Virus record (IMG/VR): IMGVR_UViG_3300027896_000015
Length of the DNA stretch: 64,000 nucleotides
Source: an uncultured virus (IMG/VR IMGVR_UViG_3300027896_000015)
Taxonomy: Duplodnaviria > Heunggongvirae > Uroviricota > Caudoviricetes
Strand: one strand, 5' to 3'
Shown piece by piece: positions 1-10,196 of this stretch (within the stretch, counting starts at the first letter, position 1; each line of letters starts with the position of its first letter). Below the pieces are notes generated by a model. It was not told the origin of the DNA. It made no database searches and saw only the letters and a program-made list of their open reading frames with translations. The translations under genes and the position numbers were made by a program.

Positions 1-5
1 TCGGA

Positions 6-3000
6 ATGATGTACGACAAGAAGACTCACCTAACTACGCAGGGGCTCGACGGAACCGTCGTCGCGGTCAACAAGCGCGCCGTCGTCGACGCCATCGACGT
101 CAGCGGGGAGATACTTGCCCTGTCGTCGTCTGGTGGAACGACCACCTTGTCGTGCACCTTAGACAGGAACGTGCAGGCGAACGGGCTGGCGGGCAAGAGA
201 GTCGTGCTGCTGACGACCACCGCACCTTCCGTAGCAATCACGTCCCCGACGCCGAATCAGGTCGTATCATCAACGACGGTCAATGTCGTCCTGTCAACCT
301 TGTCGTTCCAAGTCGGCTTGTCGGGATACGCGAAGATCATCCTGGACGGCGGAGACCCGATATACGCGACGACTCCGGCTTACTCCATTACGGGGGTCGC
401 ACAGGGGCAGCATTCGCTGTCGGTGCAGCTGACCGACCGCAACAAGAAGAACGTCTCGTCTCCAGGGGCGTTCCGACAGGTGGCGTTCTCCACGGTTTCG
501 TCGGAAATCCTGCCCTCGCTGGAGGTGCTATATCCGCAGGAACACGACACGGTTCAGACCCCGACGTTCACGGCCAAGGTGCAGCTGACCAACTTCGTGC
601 AGGAGTCGGACGGCAACATCATGATGTCCGTCGACGGCCAGACGGCCACGCAGGTTCCCTATGTGCAGGGGAATCCGAAGTCGGCGACGATCTCGGGACT
701 GGCCCAGGGCAGCCACTCCGTCAAGTTCTATCTGGTCGACATGAACGGCAACGCCGTCGGAGTGGAAGTCGTTCGGAACTTCGAAGTGGCCATAACGACC
801 GATCCCATCATACAGATCGTCAGCCCAGTGACGGGCATGACGTCGCCGTCGAAGGACGTCACGTTCAACTACTCCCTGTCGAACTTCCCCATGCCCGGTT
901 CCGGATCCGTCCAAGTGATCGTGGATGGATCGGCCGTGGTGACGACGAAGAGCAGCAACAGCGTCGTGGTATATGGAATAGCGAATGGCACACATGCGGT
1001 CGTCCTGCAGCTGCTGGACACGTCGGACAAGGCGATACCGGGCAGCTGGTCGCAGGCCAATATTACCATCACGATCGACACGTCTTTGGCCACCATTCCG
1101 ACTCTCATCGTCTCCATGCCTCAGGACGGGACGCAGTACGAATCGGGGACGAAGACGATCAGCGTCGGATATTCGACTCAGAACTTCGACATCCCCGCGG
1201 ACGGAGGCGTCATAATAGAGGCCAACGGAGTCGGGACGTTTTCGCAGCAGACCGCGTCATATACTTTGCCCGTATCCGACGGATCGTACACGCTGAAGGT
1301 GACTCTCGCCAGCGACTCGAAGACCAAGCTGACTAACGCCGAAGCCACGACGACTAGGACGTTCACCGTCGGAACGGTAACGTCGTCGACCAGGCAGGCG
1401 CCGGCCGCCCCGACTACCTCCGCGGCCGCTGTTCCAAGGCAGGCAGCGGACGACTCGTCGTCGTCCAGCCTGTCGGTCTCCGAAAGTTCCAGCAGCCAGA
1501 GTCAAGGCGTCGTAGGTGGATTCGATATCGTCAGCAATTCGGAAGCGACGCTGTCCGGGGCCGCAGCCATCATCATAGCGGGCGAGATGGGCGACGAGAT
1601 GATCGGACGCCAGTTCAAGGCCATAGGCCAGAACTCGGTGCTCTATGTGTCGTTCGACCAGCCGGTTCAGACGAACGAGTTCGGAGGCGGATACCTGTAC
1701 ATCGATCCGCAGGAGGCGGTCAACGCCGGCAAGGAGTACGGCGTCGTCTCCAGCACGCAGGATCAGATATTGATCAGCGTCGCCATCATTCCGCCCAACG
1801 TCTATTCGATGGCGGAGTCGTCCACATCCGGATCTGACTCCTCGATCAGCGAGGAGGACGACGTCGCCGCCGGCCAGGCGATACGGATGGTCCCGAAAAG
1901 CGGCAAAAGCACGCTGTGGGTCTCCTTCCTGAACTACTGGGAAAACAACGTCCTCGCGGGCGAGGCCATGACAATCCGCAACGACTCCACGCAAGGGGGT
2001 ACGACGTTCACCATCGACTCCAACACGTCGAGAAGCGTGGTGACGTCCAGCGACTTCGATCCCAGACAGTATGCGTTCGGGGACAGGGTGTCCGTCGTCT
2101 CGGACGTCTTCGTCCCGCTTCCGTCGTTCAAATGGAAGAAGACCAGCGTCGACGAGGATCACTACCATGCGGCGAACCTGATTTCGGACGTCCTGAGAGG
2201 GGACATATCCAGCATCAGTCTGGCTACTGCCGGATTCGCCACAATCTACGTCAAGAACGCCGTCGGACTGGACAACCCCCTGATCGCCGCCGACCCCACC
2301 CTTCTGCAGGGCGCCAGGCTGGTGGTGTACAGGAACTTCTCGCAGCCGATCGTGTACGACGAGATAGTCGAGGGCGCGCTGTCCGACCGCATTGTCGTCA
2401 AGGTCTCCGACCCGAGCCACTGGGACTTCGATGGATCCAACGAGTTCGGGATCACGAAGGACTACTCTTGGGAACTGGATGCTACCGCCTACGGGGCGAC
2501 CCAGGGAACGACATATCGGCAGTTCGTCGTCTTCCGCACCCCCTTGTCCGTGACGGCAGCCAAAGGCGTCGACATCGTTAAGGTCAATGACCCGTCTGGA
2601 ATCTCGCCAGGAGACAGCGTAGAACTGTCCGACATGACTATGTCAGTGTTCAGCACGACGGTGCTGTCCGTCTCCGGCAGCGACATCCACCTGACTGAAG
2701 CTCTAACGAGAGGCTTCACAGTCGCGAACGATTCCGTCCTCTCCGTCAGGAAGAACTCCTTCGGGTCGTCCCATTCCCACACCATCAGGAACGGGGAGGT
2801 AGAAAGCGTGGCCCTTGACGCCTTCGCCGCCTTGGGATACGACTACTGGCACGGGCATGTCCTGACAGGGATCGTCGAGAACGTCAGGGGTATTGTGTCG
2901 GACGATTCGGGATCGACCTATGCCGCGGGATCAGGAAGCAAGGTGTACCGCTCCTTGGACTACGGGGACACGTGGAGCGAGTTCGTCGATTTGAACGACT

Positions 3001-3269
3001 TCAGGGAAGGCGCTGACGAATGCACATCCGTGACGTACGTCGGGCAAACGCCCGCGGGCGGCCTCACATTCGGCACTCAGGGCGGATATCTTATCGTACA
3101 GGCCACGCATGCAGGTTCTTTCGTTCTTCCGCTGGAATTACCATTCATCGGCGACAACTCCAGCAGTTCCAGCGAAAGCTCGGCGGTCGAGACATTAACA
3201 AGTTCCAGCTGTTCCTCGATCACGGGAGTCAGTTCCAGCAGCAGTTCCGAAAGCACGACGAGTTGGTAA
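6..3269 (+). CDS. Large virion/tail-associated protein with tandem Ig-like domains and Ser-rich tracts (probably 5'-truncated by the window edge)
   Basis: About four repeats of 'I.I.SP..G......V.....NF...G.H.....L.D'; HxH motifs; BNR-like 'YRSLDYGDTW'; poly-Ser C-terminus. Confidence 0.6.
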   Translation: MMYDKKTHLTTQGLDGTVVAVNKRAVVDAIDVSGEILALSSSGGTTTLSCTLDRNVQANGLAGKRVVLLTTTAPSVAITSPTPNQVVSSTTVNVVLSTLSFQVGLSGYAKIILDGGDPIYATTPAYSITGVAQGQHSLSVQLTDRNKKNVSSPGAFRQVAFSTVSSEILPSLEVLYPQEHDTVQTPTFTAKVQLTNFVQESDGNIMMSVDGQTATQVPYVQGNPKSATISGLAQGSHSVKFYLVDMNGNAVGVEVVRNFEVAITTDPIIQIVSPVTGMTSPSKDVTFNYSLSNFPMPGSGSVQVIVDGSAVVTTKSSNSVVVYGIANGTHAVVLQLLDTSDKAIPGSWSQANITITIDTSLATIPTLIVSMPQDGTQYESGTKTISVGYSTQNFDIPADGGVIIEANGVGTFSQQTASYTLPVSDGSYTLKVTLASDSKTKLTNAEATTTRTFTVGTVTSSTRQAPAAPTTSAAAVPRQAADDSSSSSLSVSESSSSQSQGVVGGFDIVSNSEATLSGAAAIIIAGEMGDEMIGRQFKAIGQNSVLYVSFDQPVQTNEFGGGYLYIDPQEAVNAGKEYGVVSSTQDQILISVAIIPPNVYSMAESSTSGSDSSISEEDDVAAGQAIRMVPKSGKSTLWVSFLNYWENNVLAGEAMTIRNDSTQGGTTFTIDSNTSRSVVTSSDFDPRQYAFGDRVSVVSDVFVPLPSFKWKKTSVDEDHYHAANLISDVLRGDISSISLATAGFATIYVKNAVGLDNPLIAADPTLLQGARLVVYRNFSQPIVYDEIVEGALSDRIVVKVSDPSHWDFDGSNEFGITKDYSWELDATAYGATQGTTYRQFVVFRTPLSVTAAKGVDIVKVNDPSGISPGDSVELSDMTMSVFSTTVLSVSGSDIHLTEALTRGFTVANDSVLSVRKNSFGSSHSHTIRNGEVESVALDAFAALGYDYWHGHVLTGIVENVRGIVSDDSGSTYAAGSGSKVYRSLDYGDTWSEFVDLNDFREGADECTSVTYVGQTPAGGLTFGTQGGYLIVQATHAGSFVLPLELPFIGDNSSSSSESSAVETLTSSSCSSITGVSSSSSSESTTSW

Positions 3270-3274
3270 ACATA

Positions 3275-6200
3275 ATGAGCAGTTCTTCGAGAAGTTCGGT
3301 TTCTTCATTGTCATCGACGAGCGCAGGGCGATCGTCGTCATCGTCGTCGTCGAGTTCTTCTTCGTCGTCATCCAGCAGCGAAATCAAGGCAACCCAAATC
3401 CCCTTCAGCATATCGGGCATGGTGTGGAACCGCAGCAAGATGGTCTCCAGCGAGATGCCTGCCATCAGCGCCCACGGCGTCAGAAATCGCCTGTGTCAGA
3501 CCATCCCCATATCGACGAACACCTACTCCGTCGGATCGGTCGCCGTCAAGCTCAGGAAGAAACTCGGAGATCCTCTGATTGATTTTCCATTGAAGATCGC
3601 GCTTTACGAGGCGGACAGCAGCGGAAATCCGTCCGTTTTCGTCACCGAGGCGCTCAAGACGGCGTCCGCCATATCCGAAACAGGATGGCAGTTCTTCTCG
3701 CTGGAGTCGGGGACGCTTCCGACGCCGTCCAGCCGCAAGCTGTCCTTCGTCCTCTGGCAGGACGGCGGCGACGAGGACAACTATGTCGCATGGTTCTACG
3801 GAACGTCGTCGATGGAGGACGGATCCGTGGCCCTGTACAGCTCCGACGGAGGAACGCATTGGCAGGAGTACGACGGCGTCTCGATGGCCATCAAGGTTCT
3901 CAGCCCGTTCTCGGCGTTCGAACACGCATACGACACCAGTCCCGACAGCTACATATCGTCGTCGCCCGGCCTGCCGTCGTCGCTGGCCCTGTCCGGAACC
4001 GAATACTTGTCGTCGGGAACCATGGACGGCTGCAAGATGGACGGCGACAAGGTCGTGATCGACAACTCCAAGCTGATGGCCAGCTTCGTCATCGACTGCA
4101 GCGGCAGCATGGGATGGAACGACAGGGCCAAGAAGAAGATATTGTTCGCCAAGGAAGCGGTCAGCCGCCTGCAGACGAAGTATCCCGGGCAGCTGCTTAT
4201 CGACATCATCAAGATGGGGGCGACGGACGTCGGATCGTCGAGCTTCGAGGGCCGGCAGCCGTACGCCGCCGTCAAGCTGGACATACAGAATCCGACAAGG
4301 ACGACGCTGAACAGCGACGGCAGCACTCCGGTTCCAGGGGACGTCGTTGTTGCCGCTGGATTCGCAAATTTGACAGCCAGCCACACCTACGTTGTGTCGT
4401 CAGTCAAGGCCGGGCCTGTGGTTCTCATTGACGGAGAAGGCGCCCCCGATCCTTCCACTGGGATCAACACCCCGTTCAATATGGAGAGCGTAGGGGAATC
4501 CGCATCGTCAGCCCTGTTTTCCATACAGGACGCAGGACCGGGGTCTGAAAAAGGGTCCGGGACGCCGTCTACCGTCGTCGAGGTGCCGTCTTCAGGGACA
4601 ACCCAGGTAAGGCATCCCATATCCAGCGCGACCCCGCTTAGGACATCCAGGCTGTCGCACGCGGCCGTTTCAGGCGACACCGTGATCAGGCCCGAGGAAA
4701 GCTCGTTTTTCTCTGTCGGGTCGTTCATCGATGTCGTCGACGCTAACGGCGTGTCGACCATGCACAAGGTCACGGCGGCGGCGACAGGATCGCTGACGAT
4801 CGACCCCAAGCTGGACAGGGACTTCGGGACGGGATCGTCAGCCGCCGGGGGGTTCGTCCAGCAGTCGTCGTCAGTCACGTCGTTCGTCGTGGGCGGCTAC
4901 CAGTTCCTGGAGCTGCTGGTCAAGGACGCCGCCGCAACAACGCCTGTCACGTTCTATCTGCAGACTTCGAAAGGCGGCAGCCTGGAGTGGGACTTCATCC
5001 CGATCATCGAATGGAAGCAGATGCTCATGACGTTCGCCGACCAGTCGCTTCTGATCGAGGTCTACGCGTACGACAGCGACGGGAACCCGATCACAGAGAA
5101 CGCCGAGATCAATATGTACGTCGACGCCAAGCCGTCATGGTCGTCAACCCTTGCGGTGCAGACGTTTACGCTTTCTCCTCCGATACACCTTGCCGCGGGA
5201 AGCGACTCCATCGTGCTGCCGTCGGTGACGAACCTGTCGCTTGGATACCTGCTTGAGCTCAAGGACGACGACCACGATAAAGTCTCATACGGCAACGAGA
5301 TACAGGAGATCGACGACGTTACCAAGCGCGTGACGTTCTCGCCTCCGGTGTACGAGGAACTGTGGGTGTCGACCGTCGTCGTGACGCCGCCTCCGACCGC
5401 TGAAAAGTCTCAGGAGGAGATCGGCATGACCGTGACGGCGGTAGATGTAACCCCCATGGTAGCGGGACGTAAAATCAGCGAAAGGCTCAGAGAACCGACT
5501 GATCCTCCTCAGGTGTCTCCGTCGCAGTCGAACTACGACTACTATAACGACGACGAAAGCCGCTGGCTGTTTCAGACGTTCGAAATACCGTCCATCAGGC
5601 AGGCGGGATCGCACGCAGGAACGGCAGCGGCACGGATACTTCCGTTCACGGATGACAAGCTGTCGACCAACGCGGAGAAGGATGCCGACATAGCGTCGTC
5701 CTGCAACCCGCAGTCGACTCTCAGCGACCAGGAAAGAGCCGAACTGGAGAGTCTGGAGAACGCATACGAGAACATCCAGGCGGATCCCAGCGCCGTTGTC
5801 GTGGACGGCGGAGACCCATCATCGTCATCGTCGTCAGAAAACCAGGTCGTCGGGGACGACTATGTTGTTGCACCGTTCTCGTTCGTCCCGGGCGGCACCG
5901 CCGTCATGACGACGACAACGCAGGCCATGCAGGTATACGACCTTGGCAGGAGCAACTACGGGTTCGACATCAACGCCGTCCAGATCGGAACCGAGACCGG
6001 AGGCGTACTGGCGAAGGAATACACGCTGTATCCCGTGCTGGTCATGAAGGACGTGTACGGCAACATGCTGTCGCGGTTCGTCCTGGAGTCGCAGCTGGCC
6101 TATTTTGTTTCCCCTGTCCAGACGTTCTCGGAGGTCGACAAGACCGTAACAATCGGACCGTGTTCATGCCTGCCGGACGAAGGCGACTGCGCTGAGTTCA

Positions 6201-9200
6201 ACATCTCGCTTCCTGGAACGTATGCGTCGTCCGGAGACGACGTGACGCTGTCCTACACGATCTATGACCACAGTTCGTACATGACGACGGGGACGATGAG
6301 GGTCAGGATATTCGACCTTGACCGCAGCCGCGAGATCGCAGCCACAAGCCCGGATTCTGTTTTTCCTGACGTCTATTCCTTGTTCAATTGCGAGCCGTGG
6401 AAGTCATGCCCGACGTGCGACTCGGTCGATTCGGCGTCGCCAGACCAGTACATCTGGACCGACTTCAAGAGAAGCGACTCGGAGTCCGCATACTGGGTCG
6501 ACAGCCAGCCGGGCGTCGAGGCGACGTATCTTGACGGATACACGGAGGGAGGAATCGACGTCCCGATCGTCAACGGGCACGCTGAGATCGTCATTCCGGC
6601 GACCTGGATCGTGTGCCGCCTCAACATCGTCGCCGAGGTCAAGTCCACTGCGGACGCGACGATGTCCTGCGTCAGGTCTGATCTGGCGTGCTTCATCAAT
6701 CCTTTGAAGCTGTCGCTGGACGCGGCGGACGCGGCGATGTCGGGCCTGGATCAGCCGGCGGTCGATCTGCGGGCGTGCGCCACGTATCTGGGGCAGCCGG
6801 TGTCCGACGGATCCGAGATTTCGGCGGCGGGAAGCCAGCATGACCGATGGATCGCGGGAGACTCGGCCAAGGTCGATCCCAGCAGCGACCTCGGCAAGCA
6901 GATGACGGTCCTGGCCGACACCCTGACAAAGACGAACCCCCTGATGGGCGACCAAGTCAGGAGCATGCTGGCGTCGCCGTCGTCGTGGCCCGCGACGCCT
7001 GTCATTCCGTCCACCGGCGGGACCATATCCGGGTGCGCGACGGGATTCAAGCTGGGACCGCACGACCTGGTGCTCATGCACGAGTCCCCGAGGCCGGAGG
7101 ACGAGGGATCCATGATCGGGGACTCCGAGGTCGTCTCCTGCAGCATGGACTACGTGTCGCCGGTCAACGGCAAGTCGTACAGCGCCGTCGCACGCCACAA
7201 GATAGAGTGGAAGAGCAGCGCCGAAGATCTGGCCAAGAACGAGTACGCGATGCGCGTTACGACCTGGAAGAACGGAAGGATGCTGACCGGGTTTCCGTCA
7301 CTCTATGCGGACGGATGGGACTACGTCGTCATGATCGCCGACATTCCGGCGTCTCACAACGGCGCATATAAGCTGTTCGACGATCCGAACATCGTGGACT
7401 GCCTGCTGGGCCGGAATACGCCGCAAAAGATCGGAACAAGCGTGTCGTTCGGCGGCAATGCCGGAACATCCGGACAGTCGGTTTCCGGGATGCTTTCCAA
7501 CATCTTTGGGGCGGATAACTCGACAAATCCGAACATGATCCGGCCGGTCGACCCCGACACTGGCGTCGTGTTGGGCGATGATTCAGACGACGATGATCGG
7601 TTTGTCGGATGGGCGGCAGCTAAGATGGCGCATGCCATGCCTGTTCCTCCTGCGACATCCAATCCTGATCCTAATACGTGCGTATGGCCGACCTGCGAGA
7701 CGATTAACATAGGGTGCTACGCCAAATACAGCCGGACAGGAAACAATCCTGTCTATCTCTGGGGGTGTGCGTCCGACGACTACAGCGGCTGCGACATCCC
7801 CGGTCTTAGCGGAGAGAGCATCAAGTACAAGCCGCGGATATCCTGGGTGGAGCCGCTTGCCGGCAGCGTCGGCATGAACGGACGGATACCCAGCAGCACA
7901 AACCCGATAGACATCCCGCGCGACGGCGTTACGCCGATCGAGATCGCCGCCGATGTGACGTTCTCTGGCTATCCTATTCCGCTGGTAGCCGAACAGCGGA
8001 AAGCAGTGGGCAAGGACGGGAAGCCCGTCGGATTTCCGACGGTCAACTTCGACGTCTACTACGTCAGGAAGGCGAAGGACAGCCAGGGCAACGTCATATC
8101 GGAGTCCGAAGTCAGGGACTCGACCTTGACGCTGACCAGCCACGACGTTCAGGTCTCGGTGTGCCGGACGACGGTGACCGCCAGCCACTATCACGCCTGC
8201 TCGGTCGACGGCTACGGAACGGGATCGACCACGAAGACCTTCGCGGCGAACTCGGTAACTGAGATAACCAATCATACGCATTCCATCCTGGAACACGTCG
8301 TCGCCGCGGCTGCCGACTCAGCTGGCGCCGACCACACCCACTCGGTCAAGTCGGTCGCGATCACGACGCTCAATCCGGTGACCAACCAGCAGGACGACAT
8401 CTGCGTCAAGGCGACGACGACCTACGACGCGTCATCGGAATACGTCAGCAGGGTCGGGACGTTCACGAGCTGCACGGACATCGAGGGCGCGGCCAACGAA
8501 CAGTGGTTCCTGGGGCTGAGCGTGCCGAACTGCTCGTATGTTTGCAACGACGTGACCAAGTCTGATCACGGATTCACCGTGTCGGCCGCCCTGACTCACT
8601 ACGTCGGCGGCACACAGGTCGACGTCCCGGACGGCACCCGCGTCCAGATACAGACCAAGGCGTACAGGACGCCGTACGAGTCCGATTCCGGAGTGACCAA
8701 CTTCTACTTCGAGGACAACGACAGGCCCTATGCGGTCATCGAGTTCACGGCGCGCTGCAACATCGGCGGCAAGCAGCTTCAGGACGTCAAGAATGTCATG
8801 CTGATATCGGCCCTGAAATGGTTCCCGGAGACGAAGGCCCTGCTGAAGGAGCCGACAGACGACGCCATCTATGTCGATGACGCCTTGGACCAAATCAGCC
8901 AGGTCAAGGGGGTCAGCCCGATATCCGACGCGGCCTACATGGCGGCCGGAAGAATGTACGCGTATCAGGTTCAAAACCCGTCGTGGGAGTCGTCGAACAA
9001 GATACTGTTCCTGCTGACGGACGGCGACGAGAACTCCAACAAGAAGACGGCGTCGCAGGTCGTCACGAAGATGAACCAGCTTTCAGGCGACGGAAAGTCG
9101 CCAGTCGTGTGCTTCCTGTTCGGCAATCCCCATCCTGCCGACAAGATGACAGCGGCCCTGATGTGCGATCCCACCAGCGGATATGTCTACAGCGTCCCAT

Positions 9201-10192
9201 TCAAGTACCCTGACGCCCAAATATCGTACGGAGTGCAGACGGCCATGTCGGGAGCGTCCGACGCCTTCAACAGCGGGTCGTATGTGAACAAAGTCGATCT
9301 CGCGGGAAACAACCTGTACAAGAACGCCGCCGTATCGGTCTCTGTGCCGTCTGGAGGCCAACTGTCATTTAGCGCCGGATTCTCGCAAGACGGAGAAAGC
9401 TACGGGTTGTGGACCAGCGCCGTGACCCTGACGGGAAGCGGGATTGTCGTCCTTCCCCAGACGATCAGCCGCTATATGCAGTACCGCATGGTGCTGAAGG
9501 GCAGCCCCGACTTCGAATCTCCCAAGCTGGCGTCGATCACCGCAGGATACGTCCAAGCCAGCAACGACATCGTTTTCTTCACGCCGATCTATCCTGATCT
9601 CGGCGACGACGACTACGTCAGCGAAGTTACCATATCGCACGAGGGCACCATCCCCGAACACAGCACGATACAGTATGGGGTATGCCATTTCGATAGCGAC
9701 GATCCAGCCGACTACAGCAGCGTGCCTTATCCGGCAGCGACCCCTCACAGGCGATCCTTCCTGCTGACGAGATTTAACGAGACTGCTGTGTCCGACGACG
9801 GAGTCAAATATTCCCTGGTCAACGGATCGTGGCCGTCGTTCGCTTCCGTGGATGTGTATCGTCTGGAACCCGGGATGACGCAGGGCGTTCCTGTCAACGC
9901 AAGCGAATACAGCCTGAATCCGGCCGCGGGGACGATCACCATGCTGTCAATTCAGCCGCCGGGGACGATCATCATAGCGTCCATCGCCGTCGATCCTCTG
10001 ATCCGCATATTGTGCCAGATTACCAACTATTCAGAGGACATCGTGAAGCTCGACCACATAGGCGTCGCTTACAACGTTACTCAAAGGGTTCCGAGGCTGT
10101 CTGACGGAACAATTATGAGGCAGCCGCTTGACATGACGTTTGAACTTTCTTCGTCAAGCAGCTCGGAAAGTTCTACGTCGGGCGGGGCATAA
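3275..10192 (+). CDS. Giant (~2300 aa) virion protein with split vWA domain
   Basis: MIDAS 'FVIDCSGSM' early and 'LFLLTDGDEN' late; HxH repeats; poly-Ser at both termini; ATG 3275 follows the upstream stop. Confidence 0.6.
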   Translation: MSSSSRSSVSSLSSTSAGRSSSSSSSSSSSSSSSSEIKATQIPFSISGMVWNRSKMVSSEMPAISAHGVRNRLCQTIPISTNTYSVGSVAVKLRKKLGDPLIDFPLKIALYEADSSGNPSVFVTEALKTASAISETGWQFFSLESGTLPTPSSRKLSFVLWQDGGDEDNYVAWFYGTSSMEDGSVALYSSDGGTHWQEYDGVSMAIKVLSPFSAFEHAYDTSPDSYISSSPGLPSSLALSGTEYLSSGTMDGCKMDGDKVVIDNSKLMASFVIDCSGSMGWNDRAKKKILFAKEAVSRLQTKYPGQLLIDIIKMGATDVGSSSFEGRQPYAAVKLDIQNPTRTTLNSDGSTPVPGDVVVAAGFANLTASHTYVVSSVKAGPVVLIDGEGAPDPSTGINTPFNMESVGESASSALFSIQDAGPGSEKGSGTPSTVVEVPSSGTTQVRHPISSATPLRTSRLSHAAVSGDTVIRPEESSFFSVGSFIDVVDANGVSTMHKVTAAATGSLTIDPKLDRDFGTGSSAAGGFVQQSSSVTSFVVGGYQFLELLVKDAAATTPVTFYLQTSKGGSLEWDFIPIIEWKQMLMTFADQSLLIEVYAYDSDGNPITENAEINMYVDAKPSWSSTLAVQTFTLSPPIHLAAGSDSIVLPSVTNLSLGYLLELKDDDHDKVSYGNEIQEIDDVTKRVTFSPPVYEELWVSTVVVTPPPTAEKSQEEIGMTVTAVDVTPMVAGRKISERLREPTDPPQVSPSQSNYDYYNDDESRWLFQTFEIPSIRQAGSHAGTAAARILPFTDDKLSTNAEKDADIASSCNPQSTLSDQERAELESLENAYENIQADPSAVVVDGGDPSSSSSSENQVVGDDYVVAPFSFVPGGTAVMTTTTQAMQVYDLGRSNYGFDINAVQIGTETGGVLAKEYTLYPVLVMKDVYGNMLSRFVLESQLAYFVSPVQTFSEVDKTVTIGPCSCLPDEGDCAEFNISLPGTYASSGDDVTLSYTIYDHSSYMTTGTMRVRIFDLDRSREIAATSPDSVFPDVYSLFNCEPWKSCPTCDSVDSASPDQYIWTDFKRSDSESAYWVDSQPGVEATYLDGYTEGGIDVPIVNGHAEIVIPATWIVCRLNIVAEVKSTADATMSCVRSDLACFINPLKLSLDAADAAMSGLDQPAVDLRACATYLGQPVSDGSEISAAGSQHDRWIAGDSAKVDPSSDLGKQMTVLADTLTKTNPLMGDQVRSMLASPSSWPATPVIPSTGGTISGCATGFKLGPHDLVLMHESPRPEDEGSMIGDSEVVSCSMDYVSPVNGKSYSAVARHKIEWKSSAEDLAKNEYAMRVTTWKNGRMLTGFPSLYADGWDYVVMIADIPASHNGAYKLFDDPNIVDCLLGRNTPQKIGTSVSFGGNAGTSGQSVSGMLSNIFGADNSTNPNMIRPVDPDTGVVLGDDSDDDDRFVGWAAAKMAHAMPVPPATSNPDPNTCVWPTCETINIGCYAKYSRTGNNPVYLWGCASDDYSGCDIPGLSGESIKYKPRISWVEPLAGSVGMNGRIPSSTNPIDIPRDGVTPIEIAADVTFSGYPIPLVAEQRKAVGKDGKPVGFPTVNFDVYYVRKAKDSQGNVISESEVRDSTLTLTSHDVQVSVCRTTVTASHYHACSVDGYGTGSTTKTFAANSVTEITNHTHSILEHVVAAAADSAGADHTHSVKSVAITTLNPVTNQQDDICVKATTTYDASSEYVSRVGTFTSCTDIEGAANEQWFLGLSVPNCSYVCNDVTKSDHGFTVSAALTHYVGGTQVDVPDGTRVQIQTKAYRTPYESDSGVTNFYFEDNDRPYAVIEFTARCNIGGKQLQDVKNVMLISALKWFPETKALLKEPTDDAIYVDDALDQISQVKGVSPISDAAYMAAGRMYAYQVQNPSWESSNKILFLLTDGDENSNKKTASQVVTKMNQLSGDGKSPVVCFLFGNPHPADKMTAALMCDPTSGYVYSVPFKYPDAQISYGVQTAMSGASDAFNSGSYVNKVDLAGNNLYKNAAVSVSVPSGGQLSFSAGFSQDGESYGLWTSAVTLTGSGIVVLPQTISRYMQYRMVLKGSPDFESPKLASITAGYVQASNDIVFFTPIYPDLGDDDYVSEVTISHEGTIPEHSTIQYGVCHFDSDDPADYSSVPYPAATPHRRSFLLTRFNETAVSDDGVKYSLVNGSWPSFASVDVYRLEPGMTQGVPVNASEYSLNPAAGTITMLSIQPPGTIIIASIAVDPLIRILCQITNYSEDIVKLDHIGVAYNVTQRVPRLSDGTIMRQPLDMTFELSSSSSSESSTSGGA

Positions 10193-10196
10193 TTCC

